64,000 bases of DNA from a virus (lineage: Duplodnaviria > Heunggongvirae > Uroviricota > Caudoviricetes), in the IMG/VR virus record IMGVR_UViG_3300047320_000132, positions 3,101 to 67,100 of that record, one strand, 5' to 3'. Position 1 is the first letter of the stretch, and every line of letters begins with the position of its first letter. The translations under genes and the position numbers were made by a program. Below, in pieces: positions 37,998 to 47,593 of the stretch. The notes beneath the pieces were generated by a model. The model ran no database searches and was not told the origin of the DNA. It saw only the letters and a list, made by a program, of their open reading frames with translations.

Positions 37998-38078
37998 ATA
38001 AGGCTTCCTTTATTTAAAAGAAAGGCCCTATATTAGCCGGGCCTTAGCTACATCTATTATTTTAGAATCCGCAACAGA

Positions 38079-38438
38079 CTATTTCAAATATAGAAATATT
38101 ATCAAGTCTCCCGCAAACAAATTCAAAGAAGAAGGGAGAATTAGAGAATCTCCGCTAGTATCATACGATGTTTTCGATTGAATAAACCCATTTATAAATA
38201 ACATAGAATTGGATCCTGGGGTTTCCCCTATGGATAAAATCTGAGCGCCGTCTATGGTAAGAGTTTGTTCAAATTGAGTCAAAGATGCGATCGAAGTTAC
38301 CGTAGAAGGTGCAGGGGACGGCACCACCAAGGGAATAACGGTTGTTTTATGTATTACTTCAGGCCCGTCATTACATGGAATATCTACAATATCTGAAATA
38401 TCAGATAGTCCCCTGATAAACCGATTAGGATTCTGCAT
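38079..38438 (-). CDS. Fibre-associated small protein
   Basis: MLFINGFIQ...YDTSG...AGDLIIFLY module like the fibre C-terminus. Confidence 0.55.
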   Translation of the reverse strand: MQNPNRFIRGLSDISDIVDIPCNDGPEVIHKTTVIPLVVPSPAPSTVTSIASLTQFEQTLTIDGAQILSIGETPGSNSMLFINGFIQSKTSYDTSGDSLILPSSLNLFAGDLIIFLYLK

Positions 38439-38441
38439 CGT

Positions 38442-41400
38442 TTAATCTCCTGCATCTGCTACATTAGCGCTATTCACCTTAATGGTTTTAATATGCTTAC
38501 CGTCAGACGTATTATGCAAAGCAAAAGATCCGTCACCCATATTTTTAACACCGATAGTGCCTTGAACGATTCCGTCGAATTCACTTGATTTCAAGCCTAG
38601 CAAACTCTTGATCGGACGCTCAAACACAGGATTCGGTAGAGCTTCGGCCAATTCATAATGAGTCCATTTATTACCTCTCAGTCCACCCGTAGTTGCTGGA
38701 TCGTACAGACCGCCCTTTTCAGGTTCAAGATTCTTTGCACTCAATAGTTCTGGAGATTCGATCTTGCCATTCGACATGCCGATAATATCCTGGTCAGTCA
38801 AAGGAGAAGCTGTAAGTTTGCCATCCTTGATGCTAGTCTTAATCCCCGAACCGCTCAGATAATCGAAGAACTTCTGCGTAGCAAAAGTCATCTTTGGCTT
38901 CGGAAGAGCGTGACCCATCTTGAAACGAGTCCAATATTCTGAATTATCCTGGGACTTAAGCGTTGCGATTTCCTTAAGGTTCTTACGGGCGTTCGAGCCA
39001 AGCAGACCAAGCATTTCCATGTAGCCGACAGACTTCGAACCTTCTTCACCACCTTTCTGCGGTTGTAGAACGTTGTCATAGCTACCAACGTTACGTGCAG
39101 ACCAGTTCTGGTCAGTCGTCTTATAAAGCTTCAGGAAGTACTGTGGACCTGTAAGAATACGTCCAAGGTCTTTACCTGTCTTCGGGTCGACCATCATGTC
39201 GGTATCGCTAATACCGATACTGTCAAGTTCCTTCTTTAGATCACTTACATTGCTGCCTTTGCTGAAGTTATGCACGAAGTAAGGAGTACCCTTAGCTTTT
39301 GCGATCTTACCAGCAGCAGTTTCCATCAACTGGCCCAAGTTAATACGAGAAGTAACAGAAGCCGGATTCAGTAGAATATCAACTGGCTTACCATCGTCTT
39401 TCTTGTAAGGCATTTCGTGATCTTCGAGGATCTTCGAAACAATACCTTTGTTACCATGAAGTCCGGTCAATTTGTCGCCAATCTCAAGCGGTTTGATAGA
39501 ACGGACGAGAATACGGATATTTTTGCCTTCCGTATGCGCATCAACCACTTCCCCATTCTCTTCGTGGGTCCACAGTTCTGTAGCAAGACGATACGGGCTA
39601 ACTAGCGATTTATGCAAACGAGCCAACATTTTATCTTCAGCCGTAGGTTCACGCTTTTCAAGCACAGTGTAGACTGGGTCCCCGTGTTTGATGATAGAAC
39701 CGACTTTAGCGAAGCCTTGATCGTCGAGGTTGTTCAGTTGATCCTTCGTGAATTTACCTGGAAAGTGACGCACAACCAGGGTTTTGCTCATTGTCGAGAT
39801 CGGCTGAACCGAATAGTCGACCTTGTATGCGTGATGACTGCTCAGACTATCCGCGCATGAACGGCTGATAACTAAACCGTCTTCGTGGTTGTAGCCCTTG
39901 TACGGCATGTAAGCTACTTCAAGATTCTTACCAAGCGCAAGCTCTCCATCAACCGTGTAGTTGTTATCGGCGATAGGCTGATTCATATCCACTTTATCGC
40001 CAACCTTTACCAAAGGCTTTTCATCGTCAAGGAAACCTTTCATGTTGAATGGTAGATTCTTAACGAGGTCAACCTTGTGGGTTTTACCGTCAGCATCCTT
40101 GATGTGAATCTGCGTCTTGTTAATAGTCGAAATTGTGCCTGCTACGGGAGCAACAGTACTTACAACCTGGCCTACAGCTTTGACGAAACTCGTTCCAGCA
40201 CCATTAACGGTCTGGACAAGCGGTTTTTCACGCTCGACCAGAGACAAGGCCTGAGGGATAGCTTTACCCGCCATCGTCAGACGACCCGGGTGGTTACTAT
40301 TCAGGAACGGTACGAGGTTAGTCGTAATCGTGTACATGTCGGTCGTGTCGCCAAGCCAGTAATCAACTTGGCCAACCGGGACTTCTTTCAGGTCGCCGTG
40401 AACCTGAGCCTGCACAATCTTCTTGCCTTCTTGATGCGGGAATCCGACGGTATGCGTCATCATCTCCTGCACGGACAGATAGTGCTGTTTGCCCTGTTTG
40501 TCGATAACACGAGCGTATAGATTACCGCTGTCGTCACGACGCGCAGAAATAGTGAAACGTTGGTCAATACCAGCGTGACCCGATTCCGGCGTACGGCTCG
40601 GATCGATAATGCCAAGATGCGAAGGATCAATATCTCGGGCAGACATAGGCACACCACGATCAGAAGCAATACCGCCTTCACCGGCTCCAAGAACTGTTAC
40701 TTTACCAACGCTTTCCAAAGATTCGATAGGGTTCGTTTCCGATGGAGTTGAAACCAGGTTACTTTCAATGATGTAGTTTGACATCACCTTGTTGTAAGGC
40801 TTGCTTACTACCACGTCACGGATTGACGGATTTTTCGTCTTATCCAGATTAGCTAGAAGTTTACGACGAATGCTAGGCAGCATTTCGTGTTTGTTAAAAC
40901 GAGTCGTAATAAAGTCAGGCAGATTCTGAACACGCTTGAATTGTAGCGAATCTCGGTTATCTTCGGGCTTATCGCCAGCATGGACCTTAACAAGATTTTG
41001 CATAGCACGAAGGATGGCATCAGAGTTAACTGAGGTAACCGACTTACCAAGCGTAACCAGAGTCGTTTGCGGGGAAAGTGACGAAGCTTCCATCGACTCC
41101 CGCAGTTGCATCATCTTTTCTTCAAGTGATGCTGCAGGCTTCTGTTTACCCGTCGACACGAGTTTAGAGTATAGATCGTTGACGATCTTAGCTTCCTTGC
41201 CCGCCGAAGCCGCAAGGTTAGCTTCCCACACCTGTGCAGGAATATACTGACTTACTTCTTTCAGACCAATGCCAAAAACCTTGGAAACTAGCGGGCCGAG
41301 GGGAATTGACGAAGATGAGCTTGCCGGATGAACCGAGAACTGGAATGTCTGAGGATCAAGCGTGATCGAAAAGCTTCGGCCAGAGCCCGTGTTAAAGTGG

Positions 41401-41819
41401 GACTCAAGTTCGCCTGTTTCTTTACTACGTGTGTATACCCCAGGATTCAACTGGAGTTGGTTGGCAACTGAGTAGTTGTTGCCTTTATACACCATTGTGT
41501 GCTTCGGTGTAATGTAAAAAGCGTCCATCAACGAGAAGTTCTTATTCTCGTCAACGACTTTACCCGTTGCCTTTTCAATCAACTTGATATGGCCTTTGAT
41601 AGGATACGATAGTGATTTGGATTTCAAAATCGCATCCTTTTCATCAGCGTGGGTAAATTCTTTAGGTTCAGCCTTAAGATCCGAAATGGTCAAAATGTAG
41701 TTTTTACCTTCGATCGGAAACTGGGAAAGAATACCCTGCATAAGCGAACCATCAACACGGGTATTAATTTCCCGTGGTGACGAAAAGATTAGTTGAAGGT
41801 TATTAGCGGGTGTCGGCAT
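38442..41819 (-). CDS. rpoB: RNA polymerase beta subunit fused to the beta-prime N-terminal segment
   Basis: RDIDPSHLG..TPES, YMPYKGYNHED, GDKLTGLHGNKG, LNPASVTSRINLGQ; then SNGKIESPE...PEKGGLYD and THYELA (beta-prime region A). Confidence 0.92.
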   Translation of the reverse strand: MPTPANNLQLIFSSPREINTRVDGSLMQGILSQFPIEGKNYILTISDLKAEPKEFTHADEKDAILKSKSLSYPIKGHIKLIEKATGKVVDENKNFSLMDAFYITPKHTMVYKGNNYSVANQLQLNPGVYTRSKETGELESHFNTGSGRSFSITLDPQTFQFSVHPASSSSSIPLGPLVSKVFGIGLKEVSQYIPAQVWEANLAASAGKEAKIVNDLYSKLVSTGKQKPAASLEEKMMQLRESMEASSLSPQTTLVTLGKSVTSVNSDAILRAMQNLVKVHAGDKPEDNRDSLQFKRVQNLPDFITTRFNKHEMLPSIRRKLLANLDKTKNPSIRDVVVSKPYNKVMSNYIIESNLVSTPSETNPIESLESVGKVTVLGAGEGGIASDRGVPMSARDIDPSHLGIIDPSRTPESGHAGIDQRFTISARRDDSGNLYARVIDKQGKQHYLSVQEMMTHTVGFPHQEGKKIVQAQVHGDLKEVPVGQVDYWLGDTTDMYTITTNLVPFLNSNHPGRLTMAGKAIPQALSLVEREKPLVQTVNGAGTSFVKAVGQVVSTVAPVAGTISTINKTQIHIKDADGKTHKVDLVKNLPFNMKGFLDDEKPLVKVGDKVDMNQPIADNNYTVDGELALGKNLEVAYMPYKGYNHEDGLVISRSCADSLSSHHAYKVDYSVQPISTMSKTLVVRHFPGKFTKDQLNNLDDQGFAKVGSIIKHGDPVYTVLEKREPTAEDKMLARLHKSLVSPYRLATELWTHEENGEVVDAHTEGKNIRILVRSIKPLEIGDKLTGLHGNKGIVSKILEDHEMPYKKDDGKPVDILLNPASVTSRINLGQLMETAAGKIAKAKGTPYFVHNFSKGSNVSDLKKELDSIGISDTDMMVDPKTGKDLGRILTGPQYFLKLYKTTDQNWSARNVGSYDNVLQPQKGGEEGSKSVGYMEMLGLLGSNARKNLKEIATLKSQDNSEYWTRFKMGHALPKPKMTFATQKFFDYLSGSGIKTSIKDGKLTASPLTDQDIIGMSNGKIESPELLSAKNLEPEKGGLYDPATTGGLRGNKWTHYELAEALPNPVFERPIKSLLGLKSSEFDGIVQGTIGVKNMGDGSFALHNTSDGKHIKTIKVNSANVADAGD

Positions 41820-42093
41820 TTGTATCTAGTTCCAGGTAGCTCACTACCATATAGTATTTGTCCATGAAGGTGAATTTATCTTTAGTCAGAATAACCACAC
41901 CTTGATTTTTAATTGCTCTAGTTTCGATGATTTCCAACTCTGCTCGTGAGCCTGGATCCATGATATCGATTTGAGCATATCTAACATGATAGTTATTGAA
42001 GTCGTTTTCATCGACCTTCTTCGGGCCGAAGCCCGGAAACATACTCTCTTCTTTACTTGTTACGGAGTTTGTAACTCCATTAGACGCTGCCAT
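41803..42093 (-). CDS. Hypothetical protein
   Basis: Coupled between portal and RNAP beta. Confidence 0.65.
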   Translation of the reverse strand: MAASNGVTNSVTSKEESMFPGFGPKKVDENDFNNYHVRYAQIDIMDPGSRAELEIIETRAIKNQGVVILTKDKFTFMDKYYMVVSYLELDTNADTR

Positions 42094-42102
42094 TATTTAT
42101 CC

Positions 42103-44001
42103 TTACTGTTGACCGGGATTTCCACCAGCAGTTTCTTCCTGCTTTTCTTCACCCGATCCATTTTGACTTTCTGCAGAACCAGCGCCGTTAGTGGCTTCTT
42201 CCTGTTCTGCACCACCGCTTTGACCCGGCTGTCCAGGCTGCCCTTGTTGACCAGGCTGACCTGGAATCGGCTTACCATCGGGTCCGACTTGTTGTACTTG
42301 AGAGGCTTGCTCTTCTGCGTATTCTTCCAGAAGCTTTCCGACGAGCATGTACATTGCATAATCTTCTAATTTTAGACGGTTAAGTATAGCACGTTTTGTG
42401 CCATCATCAGCTGTATAAAGCTGTTCAGCGATTTGCTGAGCCTTAGCCAAGGCCACCTTATAATCGTTGTTCCGGTCGAAACTATCGCCTGTTTCTTTAG
42501 CAGCCAGATACGTACTTTGATCCACTTCGAGCTTGGTCTTAACTTCATTAACGGCACGGGCTACAGCGTCTTCACGCATGTTATCCAATTCAGTACCGAA
42601 TTTCATACCGAACGATTCGTACAGACTCGACAGAGAACCATTATTGGTCTGTACTGTTTGCAGAAGCATCTGTTGCAAATTAGGATCATCAGTAAGTTTA
42701 AACGGAGTCAAGTCGACTTCACATGTTTCGATGCCTAGATACTTGGAAACGCGGGACATGATCCACGAGATAAGCTCAGTAATTTGTCCGGTGTAACAAA
42801 GCATCGTGTTTTCAAGCAAGCGAAGTCCAGTCGTGGAGCTGGTCCAGTTCGTCGTACCTGCAAGCAATTCTCTTGAAACGCCAAGCGCCAGAAGAATCGA
42901 ATCTTCAGCTTGTTGGATTTCCGTAGCAACCAACAGGTTCTTACCTTCGCCACTAATGGCTTGGTAACCAATCGGTGTCGGTGCTACAACAACGTGATTG
43001 TTATCCTGTTTGTGCTTGACGAGGTTAGCCTGCATCCGTTCAACGAAGTTACGAAGACTGATGCTTGATACTGGATCGCTGTTTCCAGTCTGTGCTTGTG
43101 GAAAAATCACACGAAGCGGAGACATGAAGTCCGTAGCGATTGACTCATTGGCTTTACGAAGCGTTGCTTGATAGAACACAAGGTAGAACAGGGACACAAG
43201 CGGAGGCACAGCCACGCCGTTGATCTGTTGTCCTGCCGACAGGTTCTTCAAGTGGAATATGTTATTCGGATCAAACTTGAAATCCTGATTATTTTTTACA
43301 GCCTCGATAAAGCCCCAAGGAACCGAATTGACAAAAAGCTTGTCACCTTCACGAATTCTACGTTTAACGTCATTCGGAATCTTGTAGTAGTACTCGTATT
43401 CGCCTGTAATTGGATTGAAGTTAACGTTGATATTGATTGGATCCCATTGAATCAAATTCATATCATCGATGTTCATCGACTTCGTATCACGACGTGTAAA
43501 CGTAACGCCTTTAGAGTCACAGAACGGGCAATCGCCTACGAAATTGTAGTTTTTGAATTGCGTAAATTCAGCATTCTTTGCAGTAACGTTGCCGTTGCAA
43601 TGCGGGCAGAACAGAGTTCTATGAATGGGGAAATAAATCGAAACGAATACATTACCAACTGTGTAGTACTCGAAACCGATATTATGCAAAGCAGATTTAA
43701 GCTTGAAGCTTTTGAAAATGCTTTCATACTTGTTTTTAGTAGCCTCAGACTTAGTTTTGATAACGAAGTCCGTGATCGGATACGTAGCATATTTACGGAT
43801 GACTTCGGTCGTTACCGGAGATTGAACGGTAATGTACTTAGCCCAACGAATTACGTCATGCAGATTTCTAGGCAGGAATTGATTCGAGACCGAAAACCAC
43901 GGGCTACTTGCAGTTGCTAGCGTGTTATCCCCGGGTAGTCGTCCAGATGTTCCTGGAATCGGAGGAGGTTGGTATGGCGTGTAAAAACCGTTATTTGACA
44001 T
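42103..44001 (-). CDS. Portal protein with Zn-ribbon insertion and Q/G/P-rich tail
   Basis: YPITDF, GNVFVS, FHLKN, PPL, LRKANESIA, PLRVIFP portal-like motifs; CPHC/CPFC. Confidence 0.72.
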   Translation of the reverse strand: MSNNGFYTPYQPPPIPGTSGRLPGDNTLATASSPWFSVSNQFLPRNLHDVIRWAKYITVQSPVTTEVIRKYATYPITDFVIKTKSEATKNKYESIFKSFKLKSALHNIGFEYYTVGNVFVSIYFPIHRTLFCPHCNGNVTAKNAEFTQFKNYNFVGDCPFCDSKGVTFTRRDTKSMNIDDMNLIQWDPININVNFNPITGEYEYYYKIPNDVKRRIREGDKLFVNSVPWGFIEAVKNNQDFKFDPNNIFHLKNLSAGQQINGVAVPPLVSLFYLVFYQATLRKANESIATDFMSPLRVIFPQAQTGNSDPVSSISLRNFVERMQANLVKHKQDNNHVVVAPTPIGYQAISGEGKNLLVATEIQQAEDSILLALGVSRELLAGTTNWTSSTTGLRLLENTMLCYTGQITELISWIMSRVSKYLGIETCEVDLTPFKLTDDPNLQQMLLQTVQTNNGSLSSLYESFGMKFGTELDNMREDAVARAVNEVKTKLEVDQSTYLAAKETGDSFDRNNDYKVALAKAQQIAEQLYTADDGTKRAILNRLKLEDYAMYMLVGKLLEEYAEEQASQVQQVGPDGKPIPGQPGQQGQPGQPGQSGGAEQEEATNGAGSAESQNGSGEEKQEETAGGNPGQQ

Positions 44002-44225
44002 GTCTTGACCAGATTGTTAGATACCCGTATTTTAAACTGACCTCTAGTTTAGGTCAAGATAGGAAAAATTCAATTTTTTAGCATAGGAATTGGTATAAGT
44101 AAAGTACCGGGAAACAATTATCGTTTTTGGCCATCCAAAGCGTGATTCAATTTTCGGGCATCAGGCTTGGTATAAGTGCTGTGTAGTTAAACATACATTT
44201 TTCAAACCTCCTAGGAGAGCAAATC

Positions 44226-44552
44226 ATGACGACCGCAAAACAAGCAGGACAAGGCGCAACGGGCAAGGCATCGGACGACGTTCGTGAAACGACGGACATC
44301 CACGAAGAACAGATTCGTGATGCTCGTGGCCATGCCGACACCGTCGAACGCACGGTTCATCATCATGAAGTTTACGGCGATCCGCAAGGTCGCTTCAAGC
44401 GTGCCGTGAGCCGTATGGGTGCGATGTGGGTTGGCGCAGCAGCAATGGCAGTCGGCGTTGCAGCAGGCGTCGGTGGTACCGTGCTGGTGCAGAAGCGCAT
44501 GAACCGCACCGCAGTTGGTTCGACGCACGACGTGCCGCAGATCACGGAGTAA
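44226..44552 (+). CDS. Early membrane-anchored protein
   Basis: Tandem TGGTATAAG at 44091 and 44168; aggag SD; WVGAAAMAVGVAAGVGGTVLV. Confidence 0.75.
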   Translation: MTTAKQAGQGATGKASDDVRETTDIHEEQIRDARGHADTVERTVHHHEVYGDPQGRFKRAVSRMGAMWVGAAAMAVGVAAGVGGTVLVQKRMNRTAVGSTHDVPQITE

Positions 44553-44782
44553 AGCAGTGCCGGGGTAGGGTCAGGAAACTGATCCTCCTCATCGTCGCCT
44601 AAAAACCGGATCCCCCCGACCGGTTTTTTTAGTCTTTCAAGGCAGACCTGGATTTTTGGTATAAGTATATTGTACAGAGATACTTTTGTACGTTTCGCCT
44701 ATCGCAGGTATCAAAAATCTAATAGCGATAGCGTCAACTCAAATGACTTATTGTTGGAAGGTCATAATCTAGGGAGTTTGCC

Positions 44783-44938
44783 ATGTTTCAGTCTAAACCC
44801 ATTCATAAGGAGCAAGTTCCGGAAAAATCGAATCAACTCTTTAGCAACGCTTTTAAGGAGCTGTTTCACTCAGCTGGCGTTGTTATTGGAGGGATCCTCA
44901 TTTCGGCACTTCTAGTTTCGAGAGAAGGGCGACACTGA
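44783..44938 (+). CDS. 51-aa tail-anchored membrane protein
   Basis: Manual translation MFQSKPIHK...AGVVIGGILISALLVSREGRH; agggag SD; promoter 44657. Confidence 0.6.
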   Translation: MFQSKPIHKEQVPEKSNQLFSNAFKELFHSAGVVIGGILISALLVSREGRH

Positions 44939-45080
44939 TAACAAAGTCAATTGACTTAGAGTGGACTGAGAGCCTCTCGCGGGGGGCAACAAAACGCTTC
45001 ACCAGCAGTTGTTGTCCTTGTAGTACTTTGTTGTTGAACTTTGTGGCCGAAAGGCTTAACGTTGGATCGGGAGTATCATC

Positions 45081-45299
45081 ATGCCAGGTACAAAAAATAC
45101 TGAAAGGCCTGTTTACACTGGGGACGAAGAAGTATTTACACAGAGTAACGTCTCTGTGTTTGCTGCAGAAGGTATCAAAGGTTTGTTGCGAATTACTGGA
45201 TTCGCAATGCTTGCTGTAATCGCTGGATATAGCGCTGGTTTTGCAAATGCGAGTTATCACGACTCCAAGAATCGTAACAACGCTCCAGCGGGTCACTAA
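45081..45299 (+). CDS. Small membrane protein
   Basis: gggag SD; LLRITGFAMLAVIAGYSAGF. Confidence 0.6.
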   Translation: MPGTKNTERPVYTGDEEVFTQSNVSVFAAEGIKGLLRITGFAMLAVIAGYSAGFANASYHDSKNRNNAPAGH

Positions 45300-45351
45300 C
45301 CGCCGCCCTGACATTAATCCAATAAGCAACTTGAGTCAAGAGGTAAAAACA

Positions 45352-45948
45352 ATGTCAGGGGTTCGTAATCAAAACACCGATTGGCAGGAGAAGCTGTCTA
45401 GCATCAAGAGCACTCTTGCCGATGATATCGGTTACGATAAAGGTGGGTTTGTACCAACCCGTCATCGCCGAAAAAGTAGTAGCCACGAACGGATTGATCC
45501 GTTTGGGGAAGTAGTCGTAGTTAAGAAGCGCAGGGACCGCAGTGGTAAGTCTGAGGATGCAAGCCGGGGGGCTGAGTTGCTGTTTCTCACAAATCCTGAA
45601 GACATCGGAGGTATGGCCACTGGTATTACTATTGGCGACGAAGAGGTTAATACTATGAGTCAAAACAACGACCAATCCTCGGAGAATGAGGACCACAGTA
45701 ACAATCCTAACTATGGGAGTAAACGTAGTTCTGGTAGTAAAAGGGAGTATGCTGAAGGCGTATACGAACAAGAACTCTCCCCTGAGCAACTTGCTGAGCG
45801 GGCGAGAGTCCAAAGAAAGAACGCCAAAATCAAGAAGGTTGGATTTTGGGGCGGTTTGCTCTTCGGGACTTTAGGGGTCACCGTAGCCACAGTTGCCGTA
45901 GCAGCTGGGCTTATGGGGAAGCATAAGTCTAACATCATGAATATGTGA
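45352..45948 (+). CDS. Disordered protein with C-terminal TM (second in-frame start at 45655)
   Basis: gagg SD before both ATG 45352 and ATG 45655; FWGGLLFGTLGVTVATVAVAAGL. Confidence 0.6.
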   Translation: MSGVRNQNTDWQEKLSSIKSTLADDIGYDKGGFVPTRHRRKSSSHERIDPFGEVVVVKKRRDRSGKSEDASRGAELLFLTNPEDIGGMATGITIGDEEVNTMSQNNDQSSENEDHSNNPNYGSKRSSGSKREYAEGVYEQELSPEQLAERARVQRKNAKIKKVGFWGGLLFGTLGVTVATVAVAAGLMGKHKSNIMNM

Positions 45949-46015
45949 TGTTGTAACAATGGAGAACCTGGGGTAAACTCAGGTTCTCCTTCACGTTAAT
46001 ACGACCGGATTTTTT

Positions 46016-46363
46016 ATGCCTATCAATGATTTCAGTTTTAAAAATACACAGATCAAAGCCTATTTCGAAGGCTCTGACAAATACGTACCTTCTTCAGAGC
46101 TTATTTATATTCACTCACATCCGCTTGTGAAACCTAATTTTTTAGATGAACTGGAAGCCATTATCTTGAAGACTATGGATCTGATTCAGAAGAAGAATAT
46201 TCGAGGCGCAATAATCGATAAGATTGGCAACCTCACAATGCAATTCGGAGCTGAACTCCCAACCATAAGTCAGGAGAACGCTCCGAAGATTCTCAGTCAC
46301 TTGCGTGACATTTACAAGCTGTGTACAGGTTTACTGAAAAACCACAATATCGTGTATGCGTAG
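46016..46363 (+). CDS. Hypothetical protein
   Basis: ORF only. Confidence 0.5.
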   Translation: MPINDFSFKNTQIKAYFEGSDKYVPSSELIYIHSHPLVKPNFLDELEAIILKTMDLIQKKNIRGAIIDKIGNLTMQFGAELPTISQENAPKILSHLRDIYKLCTGLLKNHNIVYA

Positions 46364-47518
46364 GTTACCAGTGTTGGTATCCAAGCCATTTGAGCCGAGG
46401 CGATTCAGAGTCACGAAAAGTTTCTCTGAATTGATCGACCAGTTATTATTCACGAAGCCTGAGAACGCAGTTGCAGGAATGATAGCCGTTGCTGTAGCGT
46501 AAGTTTGCATTGCATTCGCAGATACGTTCATTGCCACAGTTTCGATACCCGTAGTCGTAAGTCCAGCCGTAGTGCTAGCCCCAACGCCTACTGCAAGATA
46601 CGAAAGTTGCAATGCAAAGTTATTACCAGCAGCATCGCCTGAAAATGCTAGACGCAGTTTGATAGGCACGTAAGGATTGGTTCCTTGACTTCTCAAGGGA
46701 ACAGGAATAGCCAGTCCTTGCGTTGAGCCATCAGCAAAACTCCACGAAGGAATACCTGCCACGTTAACCTGAGTTGCAGAAGCAGCCGTAAGCGCTTGAC
46801 CCATTACAGAGTGGTTAATACCCTTAATTGCAGGAGCGCTTGCTTGTGCGTATACAGTAGGATTCGTTACACCGAATGTGACGACAACCGTGTATAGGCC
46901 GAACCAACCGGGATCAAGCGATGGCTCTACTTGAGTTCCGGTAGGAGCTTGAGTACCTGCTTTAAGTTGCAGTTTCAGTTCTTTATTAAGAAGCAAACAT
47001 GGAAGGAACGTATTAGTTGCATCAAGGAACGAAGCGGGAAGACCTGATGTAGCCATGTTAGTTGCCGACAAGTCAGAGAACTGAGCTTCGATAACGTACG
47101 CAATAGAAGTGCCTGCGCTTGAAGGCGAAACAAGATTAAACGATACAGGTGCAAATAGAAGCGCCTGTTTTACAATGGTTTGAGCGATGCTATCGTTGGT
47201 TGACTGTGCTTGATACACAGCTCCAGCATTCACGGTAAGAATGTTCGAACCAGGATAGCTAACAGTAAGGCCAGACATAACCAGTGAGTTATTGGCGTTG
47301 GAAAACAGTTCCTGATACACAGAAGCCATTGCTAGTTGGTTAATCAGGACGCCACGTCTAGCCGAATCCCCCCCTCCAGAGCTGATCGTGGTAATATTTG
47401 TAGCGAGATCTGTCAGCGGTCTGTTATCGACTGCGTAATGGTATGGATCGAACTGGGTATAGTAACGCACTTGCGCTAGAGAGTTACTGTCCTGTGCGAT
47501 GAAGCCTGGGGTAGACAT
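46331..47518 (-). CDS. Putative virion structural (baseplate/fibre-associated) protein
   Basis: FDPYHYAVDNRPLTDL N-terminus; beta-rich; TAAAATA upstream. Confidence 0.55.
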   Translation of the reverse strand: MSTPGFIAQDSNSLAQVRYYTQFDPYHYAVDNRPLTDLATNITTISSGGGDSARRGVLINQLAMASVYQELFSNANNSLVMSGLTVSYPGSNILTVNAGAVYQAQSTNDSIAQTIVKQALLFAPVSFNLVSPSSAGTSIAYVIEAQFSDLSATNMATSGLPASFLDATNTFLPCLLLNKELKLQLKAGTQAPTGTQVEPSLDPGWFGLYTVVVTFGVTNPTVYAQASAPAIKGINHSVMGQALTAASATQVNVAGIPSWSFADGSTQGLAIPVPLRSQGTNPYVPIKLRLAFSGDAAGNNFALQLSYLAVGVGASTTAGLTTTGIETVAMNVSANAMQTYATATAIIPATAFSGFVNNNWSINSEKLFVTLNRLGSNGLDTNTGNLRIHDIVVFQ

Positions 47519-47593
47519 AAGAGTTGAATTCCGATTTGGTTATGGTACAATATCTGTGGCTTATTTTACAGCAATTATTTTTGAACTTCAACA

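Noticed and set aside
24472-41819. Inteins or trans-splicing joining the RNAP fragments
   Set aside because: No Cys/Ser-start or His-Asn-end intein motifs at the fragment termini
42093-42359. 88-aa minus-strand ORF and plus-strand 41971..42369
   Set aside because: Alternative frames over the low-complexity portal tail
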